Made by a program: the position numbers and the translations under genes
Notes under the pieces: model-generated
What the model was told of the DNA's origin: nothing
Seen by the model: the letters and a program-made list of their open reading frames with translations, nothing else
Databases searched by the model: none
IMG/VR virus record: IMGVR_UViG_3300031867_000003
Coordinates: 96,001-160,000 of that record
Reading direction: 5' to 3' (one strand)
Origin: a virus
Lineage: Duplodnaviria; Caudoviricetes
Length of the DNA stretch: 64,000 nt
In this document: positions 1 to 11,812 of the stretch, piece after piece
Layout of the letters: each line of letters begins with the position of its first letter
Numbering within the stretch: the first letter of the stretch is position 1

Positions 1-2439
1 ATAATCAATTTGTGTTTTATCTTTACGATAATATCTTATTTTATTAGCATAGTTTGCTGAACCTACAACCACTGTTCCTTTTGGTATATGACAATATGCA
101 AAACCATCTTCATCTGGATTTTCAGCATCTAATAAATTTCTATCTACTCTTGCCATAGTTATAGAATCCCATCCCTCAATGGGACAAATGTTGGAGTAAG
201 GTTCATAACTAGTCGCGGAACTACCAGATTCTAGCTGATAGTTATATAAAGCAAGAGAAGTAGTAGAACCATTCTTTATTACAAATAATCTAATATCTTT
301 TTCTTCTTCAATAGTAAAAGTTAATAAATTTGAATTTGCACTACTAACCATACCAGTATCATCATTTTTAGCAATTACATCCGCCGTTGTATTAACAGAA
401 AATGTATATGTTCCAGCTTTTAAATGAATAGATCCATTTGGGGTTGATGAAGACACGGTGCCACCAAAAACAATAGCTCCATTATTTTCTTCGAAATTAT
501 TTTGATCCAACAAATTCTTCCCACTTCCCCCAATCCACGGCTTATCATACCCATGGAGGTCTTGCTTCGGCAAAAACCATACCTTACATTCCTTCAAATC
601 CGCCGCCATATCCGTACCAAAGCTAATAATACTGTTTTTGGCGGTCACTGTATGCGGCGTCGCTGTAAAGATATTTTTCCTGGACTCTATTGGATCAAAC
701 ACCCCGATGTAATCATATTCGATTTCAATGCGGTCGGCATTGCTCCAGAAGTTGTTGTCGAACATGAGGGTACTTAGGGTGGTGGGGGAGAGTTGGTGAG
801 TAGTGTAAAAACTATCATTAATAAATGGATAGGCAATATAATGACCAGCATATTTTGTTTTAAACTCTTCCACGGTTGACACCGTACTATCATAAATATA
901 CATTGATGTCCCTTGAAATGTACCATCAGCAGTTGCAGTAGCATTTTCTAAACAATCGCATAATATCTCATTTGAAGCTTTAACACAGTATCCTTTTCCT
1001 GATACCCAATGTCTTAATAAAAAACGATGTAACCATGGCTCACCAGCACCAGAAGATTTTTCAATACTTGAAAATTCGCTCATATCTCGTCTTTCCCAAG
1101 TTTCCACCAATTCTCCGCTCACCAAATCTACATACCCACCATACACAGTCCCAACATCCTCGGACCAATCAATATCATAGCGGTTGACCGCGGGGCCGGT
1201 GACAAATTCGCCAGTTCCAGAATTGGTGTAGAATTGACCGGAGACCGCATCATACATTCCGGCGACTTTGTCAGATTTGCGGTAACAAGGGATAAGGTTA
1301 AATGCCAGATTTTCACCGTCATATAATGCAATTGAGTAACATTTGCAACCAAACATATGAGTTGAAGCACCGTCTGCAAAAAGTTGAACAGGTTTAGTTG
1401 ATTTAATACTGTTTGTATGCGTTGCTGTATATGTTTTGCCATTAACGACCATTGTTTTCTCGTTACTATCAAGATTATAGGTTGCTTCAAAATTATATTT
1501 TGTATCTACTGTGCTACTGTAAGCGTCCGTAGTCACATTAGTTTCACTCGATTGATACTCCCTAGAGTATCCAAAAAACTTGTATTGATAGATGCCAACA
1601 ACAAAACGTCCTGTTCTAGTATCCTGATTTCCAATCAAATCGCGTTCAGATGATATAGTCTTTGTTGTGAAATCAGCCAAAATCTTTATATTCTCTGTTT
1701 GCACATAATAGTTCGTATCTATATACTGCGTCCCTGTACTCTCCAAATATTCAACCTATTGATACTCCTTCGGCAATGAAAGGTTGGTTTTATAGGGAGT
1801 ATATTCGGTAGCTTCTGAGCCACGTTCAAGTTGAAGATTATAAATTCTATTTACAGCAGTTTTTGACGCATTCCCAAAGCAATTAAGAGATAGATTAATA
1901 CAGAAATCTTCTTCTGCCGTAAATGTTGTTGTAATATGACCGCTATCGTTACTAGCCTGTGGAATAGTCTTATATGAAGCTGTCCATGCCAAAGATGGTT
2001 TTCCAATAATACATGGTCTCCAATAATAATTTCCAATACCATTTATATAATCAAATGATAACGTATACGTACCAGGTGGAAGTAAATTGTCATAAACGAA
2101 TACGCCTATATCTCGTTGACCGGAAATAATAGTTCCAGATAATTCACCACTGGCAAAAATCATATCATTTGGTTCGGTTTTAACATTAGATGGATGATGA
2201 TAACTATTTATATTTGTTTCTAATAAATTCTTCCCACAATGATTTACCTCAACCCCAGTCCAACCGCTAATCGGCCGCACATTCTCAGGACTAGGAGTTC
2301 CGCTCCCTTCTTGCTTCGGACTAAAATATACCTTAAAACTACGTATTCTCTGGCTTCTGGGAGTGTAAAAATTCAAAAATTCCCCCGATAAAATCTTCGT
2401 TTTATCATTTGTCATAATTTCGTTCGTTACGTCTGCCAT
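1..2439 (-). CDS. Mosaic tail fibre / receptor-binding protein, partial (runs off the window)
   Basis: ORF 1756..2439 continues through TAG (LPKEYQ*VEYLESTGTQYIDT, a familiar phage fibre motif) and stays open to the window edge. Repeated modules GKNLL...QLExGSxATxYxPY. Confidence 0.8.
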
Positions 2440-2966
2440 GATGCCACACTCCCATAAGTTGCATTCTCAATGCTGATTGCGTATGTATAACCGGATTCAA
2501 TCACAAACCATTCGGGCATTTTGACAGTTGCGGGAAGAGTAAGAGTCGGAACAGTAGTACCGGCAGAAAATATTACTTCAGTGACACCTTCGCTTGGAGG
2601 AGTGAATGTTAACGAAGTAACCTCACCACATACATAGCGAGTGTTGGGGTTAGCTGTGATAGTAGGAGTAGTTCCCGTCACATTTATTTCAATACCGTCT
2701 TGGAAGCTATCGGCTACTACAGCTTTAACATCGGACTCGGTCTAATAACCGGCTCCGTTAGTTAACTGATTATTATTAGTAGGAATTGCCGCTTCAACTC
2801 TGTTAATCTCATCATCAACGTAAGTAGTAGTAGAATAACCGGCACCGTTTGTTAGTTGATTATTATTAGTGGGAATCGCCGCGTTAACTTCGGTAATTTC
2901 CCCATCTATATATTGTTTTGTTTTCTAAAGAGATGCTTGCAATTGATCTAATGTCGTAATTGCCAT
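2427..2966 (-). CDS. Small tail-fibre-associated protein (179 aa, TAG=Gln)
   Basis: ATG at 2966 with GAGGTG RBS; two in-frame TAGs; tandem IPTNNNQLTNGAGY repeats; joins ORF 2427..2681. Confidence 0.75.
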
Positions 2967-3004
2967 TATTATTCACCTCATTTCTTTAATAATTAATTAT
3001 ATAA

Positions 3005-3997
3005 TTAAGCTTTATATTTGTTGTACGATGTACGAAGAGTAGTGTCATCCAAACAAATATAAGCAGTAGTAGTATTAATATTGGAATGTCCCATAAGCTT
3101 TTGGATTTCATGAATATCCATACCGCGTTTAGATAAGTTCGTTGCAAATGTACGTCTCATGCGGTGAGGGTGTGCATTGTCCACGTTCGCACGTTTAGCA
3201 AGTTGGTTAAGAATAAACCTAACTCCGCCGGAATTTAACGGCTCATGATTGTGATTATAAAACAACATATTACCGGTTTCCGGGCGGTTATTCAGATAAT
3301 AACTCACGTATTTAACAGCCAAATCATTAGTATAAACCATTCGCTCCTTTGCACCTTTGCCGTGGCGAACATGAACGGAATAATCTATTAGATTAACATC
3401 GGTAGTTTTCATAGCAGTTAACTCCGATACCCTGATTCCGGTACTTAACAACATTTCAATTAACGCTCGTTCCTTCGCTGTTTTACATGCACACCGAAGA
3501 GCGTCAATTTCGACGTCGGAGAACGGTTTCTTGATTTCATCCGTATATTTTACCGGTTTAAGTTTGGCAATCGGATTCTTATCCAATATATCTTCATTAG
3601 TCATCCACTGGAAGAATGCGCTTAGATTTGCCCTGGTATTTTCAAGAGTGCGATTAGATACCTTTCTATCTTTCTCCATCGCTAGGAACATTCGTATATC
3701 ATAAATTCCCATCTCGGGAAACGGTTTATTAATTCTATCAGATAGTTTCTTTATGGTTCTGATATACTGATAGATAGTATTTTGGCTTTTACCTTCAATA
3801 ACTAGACAACCAATATAGCGGCTGATTAGCCTGGTATTAGTGTCATCGAGCGGAACAATTTCCGTGCAACGCTCAGTTACCTCATAGTCATTCAGTGTGA
3901 GAATAACCGTATCTGAAATAACCGATAGTTGCTCGGAAGTAAATAATCCGCATAATTTATTTTCAATTGTTTTAACTATTTCCATGCGATAATCCAT
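3005..3997 (-). CDS. Tyrosine recombinase (XerD/integrase family) embedded in the tail-fibre cluster
   Basis: STGIRVSE, GKGAKER, HPHRMRRTFAT and LMGHSNINTTTAY catalytic motifs; no internal TAG; AGGGAGG RBS. Confidence 0.92.
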   Translation of the reverse strand: MDYRMEIVKTIENKLCGLFTSEQLSVISDTVILTLNDYEVTERCTEIVPLDDTNTRLISRYIGCLVIEGKSQNTIYQYIRTIKKLSDRINKPFPEMGIYDIRMFLAMEKDRKVSNRTLENTRANLSAFFQWMTNEDILDKNPIAKLKPVKYTDEIKKPFSDVEIDALRCACKTAKERALIEMLLSTGIRVSELTAMKTTDVNLIDYSVHVRHGKGAKERMVYTNDLAVKYVSYYLNNRPETGNMLFYNHNHEPLNSGGVRFILNQLAKRANVDNAHPHRMRRTFATNLSKRGMDIHEIQKLMGHSNINTTTAYICLDDTTLRTSYNKYKA

Positions 3998-4036
3998 TGA
4001 CAACCCTCCCTATGCGTTTAATAATTAATCAATAGA

Positions 4037-4066
4037 ATTATAGCATAAGAAGGATTCTAATGTCAA
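4037..4066 (-). promoter_or_regulatory. Consensus sigma70/sigmaA promoter for the recombinase
   Basis: TTGACA-N18-TATAAT with extended -10 (TGcTATAAT), 40 nt upstream of the ATG. Confidence 0.8.
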
Positions 4067-4221
4067 CAATATGGTATTTAATAAATAATTATAAGTGTGC
4101 TTTAAGTTAGTAGTGCTATCGGTCTACAATTCCGTCCGATTATCGGAGGCTTGCTGAGTTCTAATGTTTTTTCAGAGCATTCGCCGTTTGTTTTTAAAAT
4201 TGTGTGCTTTAAAAGAGTTGA

Positions 4222-6294
4222 TTAGCTGTTTAATAGATTGTGCATATATCCATTGTATGCAATACCAAACGCTTCATAACCATACTGTGACGGATGCACG
4301 TTATCTGTATATACAGTTATCTGTGTTGGATTGTTGTATGTTGCATTAACTTGTGCTGTTACAAAATCATACATATTATCAAGATTAAGATTTTGATAAA
4401 CAATGTTTGCATTTGTATATGCGACAACCTGATTGTAACGGAAGCAAGCTAAATCAAATTCTTGATTATTCTGCATATACTTTCCTGTTCCGGTGTTATT
4501 CGCTGCAACATTACTTCCTACCATTACCGTAATTATTATATCAGCATTATAACTATGTATGCTGTTAATAATCTGTTGCATACGAGGTATTATGCTTGTA
4601 GAAAAACCATTATTTCTACCGAGTAATATATTAACAATTTCAACATCGTTAAATGATGTGTTGTTTGCCATGTAATAGCTAAAATCAAATGTTTGTGTTG
4701 TAGGGTTGTAAAATGGATTTGTAACACCACCTTTTGATGCAGAGAAGTAATCATTAACACTCCACCCGTTTCGACCTTCATGCAAATATGGTGCTGTTCC
4801 TCTTGATCCATACAATGTGACTTTTCCTTCATTGTGGTCATAAAACCATTTTTGAATATATTCGGCATTTGTGTATGAGTCACCTAAGAAAAGATATTTT
4901 TTAGGTGGCAATTCTGATATATTGCAATGAACAATAATCTGCTTACTTGCCACTTGTATTCCTTCTCTTTTAAATTTTATGGTTACGGTGATGTTTTTGG
5001 TTGACCTCACATTAAACTGAATATATCTGTCAGAGTATGTTATCTCTGGATAAGTGGCGCCTGTTGCTTCTACAACAAAATATCCATCATTTGCACCTCT
5101 GCAAAGTTCGTTGAAATATATTCTCTGTTGTACATTGGTTATATATACATCGGTTAATGGTAAGAACCTTATAATGCCAGAAGTTCGCATAATGCACGCT
5201 TCCTCTATTTTCGTTGATTCTATTGTAAGTCCTAAACCATTGGCTAATGTTATTTTGGACCAATCAACAACTGCTTTTGCAAGAAGTATGTTGTTGCTGT
5301 CGTAAATATATACTGTTTCAGTCGGTAAATCATTTCTGGAAGGTCTTGGAGCAGACACATAAATTCCGGTTCTTCCGCTTGTGCTTCTAATCTCCATTTG
5401 CGATGTATGCTGACTGGCATGATAAGCAAACAGTGCAGACACGTAATAATCGTCGTTATCATCCGCATATACCACTAAATCCTCTATCCCATTTTGTTCC
5501 CTTGAGTATACAATTTGTGCTGGGTATCCCGGTCTGTATAACGTAGAATCAGCAGTAAAAGGGTATATTCCTTGCGTTTCAAGAAAAGAAGCAAGCTTGT
5601 TTAGTGTAACAAGATCATTGTTTATCAACTTTACAGATGCAAACAAGGAAGCATTTGAGGGGGTATAAGCGGAAAATGTCGGGTCAATAATACCATTATA
5701 TCGTATCATTGGTCTAAAAATGACATTATCAAACGTTCTGTTTGCAGTAGTGTAAAACCTAAGTCGATAAAGTCCTGTATATGGTGCTGTAAAAACAACA
5801 TCAGATGGACCATTAACGGTGGCAACTATATCATTTTCTTCAGTTAGAATCTGCAAATTCATGTTTGCCTGTCCACCATTAAGAATGTATTGTTCATTTT
5901 CTATAAGATTGACTGTTTGAACATTTGCATATAACTTGCCTGTAGTGGTCCCATTTACGGTATATGTCCCATCTGAATTTGCTATTATTGATAATCCCAC
6001 TACAGACGGACTATTATATGTTGATGGCTGTAGCAGGTTTTTTGCTCCCATTTTATTCTGATACACACTTAAATCTGCCTTTATCTAAGATACATCATCG
6101 ACAAGTTCCTAGTAATCCGCCGGCGCATCTCCGCCACCGGTCGGTAAATTTTCCACGGTCTCAGTAAGACTATCTAAATCCGTTTGTAGCTGCCCAACGT
6201 CAGTATTGAGCGATTCTACTCCGGTTTCTATATTATTCATTTTATTGGCAGTGATGATATCTCCATCACTCCATGTAGTTTTCGTATAACTCAT
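4222..6294 (-). CDS. Tail-associated protein with C-terminal SGNH/GDSL hydrolase domain (690 aa)
   Basis: ORF 6109..6294 joins 4222..6066 through two TAGs (APADY*ELVDDVS*IKADLSVYQNK). FLGDSYT, LLGRNN and DNVHP SGNH blocks. Confidence 0.8.
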
Positions 6295-6307
6295 ACCAAT
6301 CCTCCTC

Positions 6308-8305
6308 TCATGAGAATACCTAATTCAACATTGTTGTTACAGAAGCATCGGTTGCTATGTCGGCATCCGTTAGGTAGCCGGTTAAATCAACTTTGGTGTC
6401 ACCAATCTATTCGAATTTATCTCCGGTGTAAATATATTCATAAAAGATATTATTAGTTGTGGCAATAGTAGCAGTACCAACTTGTGCTGTTCCGGTTATT
6501 GAATTGTTATCAATCCCTGTGTCGCCAATTGGCTTTGGCACAAGATAAATTACTCCAAGTTCGCCGGTTAATGTCGGGATGTAGGTAGTTGAATTATATT
6601 CACCGGGTTCGCAAACGTGATAGCGAGTGTTGACGAGATTATCTATTGCACTAGATATATCTGAGGACGTTGCGAAGCCTAACATAGTTTTGATGGCAGT
6701 CTTAGCTTCATCAGTATAGGTTCCTACGGCATTTGCGGATGCCGATTGAGTTGTATCACCGGCTGCTTTAGCTAAACCATAGAAAGTTGCAATATGCTAC
6801 CGAGCAGTATTAACTGCATATTTCGTATTATTGCCAAGCTTTAGAGAAAGATCTGTAGGATTAGTAGGCGATAGTACACCATTAGAATCAACATAAATCC
6901 CATTGGTAGAAACCACCTTTACTACCCCCGCTTTATTACCTGTAGCAATATCATCAAATGTCACATAATTACTCAAATCAATATCCAAAGTTCCAAGCCG
7001 TTCATACTTATCCGTAATCCAGATGTACTCATCAAAAACATCATTCGTCCCATGAGTGTGAGCAACCAGATAAATCACGCCTTTAGTTCCGGTAGCCGGG
7101 AGTTCAGTAACAACCTGGAATTCAAAACTGGTTATATCACTGATAGCGTCGGCGATTGCTGAGTCAATTCCTAACATAGATTGGATTGCGGTTTTTGCGG
7201 AATCGGTATATGTTCCGACAGCATTGGAAGATTGACTCTGTGTTGTGTCTCCAGCTGCTTTTGCGAGGCCGTAAAATACAGATTTATGTTGCTGTGACGG
7301 TACAATCGGTCTGAAATTATTAGTGCCATTATGGCAATCGTTATCTTCTGCTTTTACAACAGCAATAAATTCACTCCCACCAACTTCCAATCCGTATGCT
7401 CTATTTGTTTTTATAACACCTGCCGCATTGGTGCTAGAAATCGGAATATTAGCCACCTTGTTCTCAAGTATGCTCGTTCCGTTAACCTAAACATCATCAA
7501 CCTTACCAGCTTCACCAAATTCCCATGAAGTTACCTTGCCGTCGGAAACCGTCTTTGGCATCATAGCTTTACCGACATCAGTAGCAGTAGCGGTACCATA
7601 CTGGAGAGTATCTTCTTTAGTAGCTAATCCATTGGTAAGTTCTGTAGTAGTAGCATAAGAAGAATCATTCTATAGCTAACTAACCTTAGTCGGAATACTT
7701 GCTTCAAGAGTATCAAGTTCTCCGTCAACGTACTATTTGGTAGCATAATCACTATCATTCTGTAGTTGACTGGTTTTGGTCGGAATCGCCGATTCAACGC
7801 CAGAAATTTCGTCATCAACATAACCTTTGGTTGTGTAGTCACTATCATTGGTCAAATCACTTGTCTTAGTCGGAATAGTGCCGGAAAGTTCCTCAAGCGC
7901 TTGAGTCATTTCTTGGGCAAGTTGATTATCTGCGTTATCAAATTCTTGTCTAATTGCAGTAGCAGTTTGAGATAACGACTAGTTAACCTCGGCAATCGCA
8001 TCACCGGTTGCTTTGGCATCAGCGGATTGTCCGGAGTTTGTCAGTGTTGCATCCACAAGTGGGATAGCAATGTTGACATTCTTTTGGTCAATAGCTTGCG
8101 CATTGCCATTGACCTGGATTGATTCTATTATGTTCTCCTAGGCACCGGATTCGATTGATTCCAATTTAGCCACATCGGCATCCGAATAGTTGTTATCGGA
8201 CAATGACTTCCCGGGTTCTTTGTCAACCTTTGTGGCTAATTTCTCCTTCATGTAGGTAACCAGAGTACGTACTCCGTCAAAAGAAAGAAATTTTGGTTTT
8301 GCCAT
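6308..8305 (-). CDS. Fibre-like virion protein (665 aa, TAG=Gln)
   Basis: ATG 8305 with RBS; KVDKEPGKSLSDNNYSDADVAKLESIESGA*ENIIESIQVNG motif; IPTKTSQLQND repeats; same frame as ORFs 6797..7456 and 6407..6685; ends TGA. Confidence 0.8.
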
Positions 8306-8324
8306 AATGTATCACCCTCCTTTC

Positions 8325-8630
8325 TTATTCGTTATTTAATAAATTGTTGAGTTCCTCCTAGCTGATTTCGTCAGCCGGCAGCATAAATAATTCCTTTAGT
8401 TCGCCGATTAATTCTATACCGTTCAACGTTGGTAAGTTAGTAAGAGTCTCATAGTCAATCGTCGATAGATCGATCAAATCTGTCCATGAATCCTCGTCAA
8501 GGTATTTCCAGCGAAGCGTAGTTCCATCAATTGATAGCTCTACGGGGATACCGCGTAATGTTGCGTTACTAAGTAAACCAGTTAACTATAATTTTGGATT
8601 AATATTCCCATATAATGTTAAATCACTCAT
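8325..8630 (-). CDS. Hypothetical tail-associated protein (101 aa, TAG=Gln)
   Basis: ATGA overlap with the upstream gene; DYETLTNLPTLNGIELIG motif; two TAGs; ends TAA. Confidence 0.7.
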
Positions 8631-8980
8631 GTCCATCTCCTCCAGTTGCCTACCTCCGGAAGTATTTTAAATCGCGTAGGCGGAATGGCAGTCGTCACAA
8701 AATCCGCACCAGCAAGTGTTACCTCAATGTCATAGAAGTAATCCCCGGGAGGAATATCGCTTTCCTCTGGATTAATCCGCAATTCCATCGTTTCGGGAGG
8801 AATAATCTTTTCAATAATTGGTTTTTCGTCATCGTCGGTTGACGATTTCAGCCCAAATTTGATGATATCATCGGGGCTTGGTTCATAAGGATTTCCGTCG
8901 GCATCGTTAAGAGATAACTATATGCAACAAGAATCAGCCCTAGTTAATCCAATAATATTTTTCTTTATCCAACAAGCCAT
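8627..8980 (-). CDS. Baseplate upper (BppU-like) small protein (117 aa)
   Basis: GGAGGTG RBS; LTRADS...GDYFYDIEVTL...FKILPEV pattern; one TAG. Confidence 0.6.
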
Positions 8981-9004
8981 ACATTAATCACCTCCATAAA
9001 TCAA

Positions 9005-9046
9005 ATAAGTCGGCTACCGAAAATATCCAATTCCGGCAACCGACCA
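9005..9046 (-). terminator. Putative intrinsic terminator or hairpin
   Basis: GTCGGTTGCCGG...TCGGTAGCCGAC stem followed by TTATTT. Confidence 0.45.
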
Positions 9047-9058
9047 ACGTCGCGACAA

Positions 9059-9343
9059 TCAGCCATTTAATTTTGACCTCAAGTCCGCTATTAAATCACT
9101 ATATTTTACTCGTATCAAATTTGTTCCATTGCTCATAATAACATAATAATCATTGCTCAACGTTGTCTGCGCAGAAACCGCATTGATGTCTTGGGAATTA
9201 GCCGGGGTTCCGTAGAACCCATTAGCAAACCTCGCCGCTCCCGTGACCACCATATTGCCCGCGTAAACCTCGTCCGAGTTGATTGAATTAGCCCGTAGAT
9301 TATCCACGGTCGTTGTTTCTGCGATTTTTTCCGACATAATCAT
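9059..9343 (-). CDS. Hypothetical tail-associated protein
   Basis: ORF with GAGGAGG RBS; AGNMVVTGAARFANG motif also occurs in the large fibre gene (AGNLIVTGAGRFTNG). Confidence 0.7.
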   Translation of the reverse strand: MIMSEKIAETTTVDNLRANSINSDEVYAGNMVVTGAARFANGFYGTPANSQDINAVSAQTTLSNDYYVIMSNGTNLIRVKYSDLIADLRSKLNG

Positions 9344-9349
9344 GCCTCC

Positions 9350-9979
9350 TCAATATTCTATAAATTCAGTAGTATCGATGCGCCCGTCATAAACTCGCAT
9401 TAGATCGCCGGTTTCGATAAACCCCGGCTATGAACCATCGACGTATCCCCAATCGGTAGTATGTGGTAACCACGAAGTTGCCTACGGGCTACCTATTTCA
9501 ATTTTAAGATTACGTATGTACCAAGTTTCCGGATTCCCTTCTGCCGGACCGGCATATGGTTGTACCGCTACGCTAAAGTTAGATACCGAGGCAATGTCTG
9601 TGGGCAATGTATAACTCATAACAGTTCTCCCTTTACCGACTAACTCTAATGAACCAGTACAAGGATATATTGTTGAGGTCAAAGTTCCGTCGGTTTTATA
9701 ATAGCGGAATGATAAATGACACCCATATCTTCGTCCAAGTGTAGAATGTCGCCCAGTATTAACATTACGTTCTCCCAGCGTACAGTAATCATACGAAAAC
9801 CAAAGTATTTTGCCTTGATTAGCAACAATAATATCAGCTATCCCAGGACAAGACACACTTCCCGTGAAAGAATGTGACGAATATGTTGTAATACACGAAT
9901 AATTACCTGCGATTAAGTTAGGAAATATGGGGCTTCCGGATGCCAATATAATTCCCGTTTTATTGAATGGTACTCCCAT
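9350..9979 (-). CDS. Hypothetical tail protein (209 aa, TAG=Gln)
   Basis: ORF 9482..9979 extends through two TAGs (LKIEIGSP*ATSWLP) to TGA at 9350. Confidence 0.7.
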
Positions 9980-9982
9980 GGA

Positions 9983-11761
9983 TTACACCTCCGATAATTC
10001 GCCTTGGGTTAGGAGAGTTCCGGAGTTACTCAGGCTGATAGGCGTATGATATAAATCTGCAATTTCATCGGCACTGAGAGCGGTGTTATATATTCTAAAA
10101 TCTGACATTTGGCAATCACAATTATGAACTCTCTTTCCTATGGTGTAATAATAATCCATAGAATTACTATCTGTAATTGTGTTTGTATACACAGATTTTC
10201 CATTCTAATACATTGTAATTACTCCATTATCATATGTAAGAGCATAATGTGCCCATTCACCTATGGTGTACGTCCAATTATAGTGATCGAACGGATATGT
10301 CGATTCTCCCTATCTAATTGTTAAGCTCATTTTATTGGCATTAGAAGCATGTAAGGCATTACATATAGAAAAAGTTCCGCTGACACCATTTAATGCCGCA
10401 GTATTCTGTAGAAGAAACATCCCCTCCCATTTTTTTTGCCAACTATTCACTTTGCCCCACCAGGCAATCGTAAATTCGTTACTTAAATGGATGGTGGAAG
10501 TATTATTAATAATATATGATGAGCCATCAAATGAGGAACTTGCAGAATACCGTGGTGTATCTCCAGAAGCGATGATAGTATCAACTTTAGTAGCATTATT
10601 TCCAAAACCGCTCACATCGTAAACCACATTACTATCTAATCCCATATCCGAATAGAGACTATCTGTCGAGTTGGGTATCCAAGGCGTCGGTGTATCACCC
10701 TCTTCAAGTTTGATACATTTTATCGAGACAGTTCCGGTTCCGGAACTCATATTATAAGTATTTCCTACCGCTCCCATTCTCGGACAAATCACATGTTTTA
10801 CGGCCGTTGTTTCATTCTAAGAATATGTTACCCAATAATGTTCCCACTCGGTAGACAATGTAAAATCCATATTCCCGTCACTAATTGTCTTTGTAATTCC
10901 TTGGCTACTTACGCAGGTTGTGGTTGTGTTTGGGCTATAAAAATGCGTTCGTATTTTATCGCCGTCAACAGTTGATTTTGCCCAAAACGATAATGTATAT
11001 TTCGAAGCCGTCGGAACAATAGCCGTGACACAACTCCATCTATCCGAGAATGAACTAGACGGATACTCAAAAGTTCTTTCTTCTGGCCAAGTATTCGGAA
11101 TAATATTATCTGCTCCAAAACCTTCTCGTGATAGCGGATAATGAAGCAGCAGCGCCTTGGATACTTCCTTGATCTCACGAGGAGAAAGAGCAGTATCATA
11201 AATGCGGAAATCATTAATTCTTCCATTCAGAGTAGTCGCTCCGGTTCTGTAATCTCTTCCTAAATAAAATAACCCTGAAGTTTTTGTTAATTTAATTAAC
11301 GAACTGGCATAAGTATCTGTTTGTAATGAACCATTTTTATATATACATATTTTACTCCCATCGTATGCAAGCACTATATGCACCCATGTGTTTATTTCTG
11401 CGGTAGTGTCTGTAAATATTTTATCCGGACCACCATTCCAGAAAAATCTAATTTGGTGACTAGCGGTTAGTTCAATGTTAAAATTAATATGTCCGGATAA
11501 TCCATAATCTCCAAATATAATCCCTCTTGTTGAATCTGCATGATATATCCAGAACATTATTGTAAACGGCTTATCGCCACCTTGTATTATATTATATAAA
11601 TTAGAATCATCTACACTAATAAAACTATTGCTGCCATTAAAACTATAGCAATTTCCTATTTTCCCGGACGTATTAATGGTGGCTCCGCTATTAGTGATAA
11701 CCGCGTTATCAAGCCCATAGTTATTAAGATTATTAATCAACGGTAACCATAAAGCTAACAT
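9983..11761 (-). CDS. LamG/concanavalin-like domain tail protein (592 aa, TAG=Gln)
   Basis: Three same-frame ORF fragments joined by TAG; two LamG-like ends (INDFRIYDTALS, MSDFRIYNTALS). Confidence 0.8.
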
Positions 11762-11812
11762 ACTCCACCTCCTCCCAATTAAATTTATTTTTCATTATCA
11801 TCAGTTCCTTTA

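Noticed and set aside
515-540. Suspected frameshift in a G run of the fibre gene
   Set aside because: Recount gives five G, so WIGGSGKNLL is in frame.
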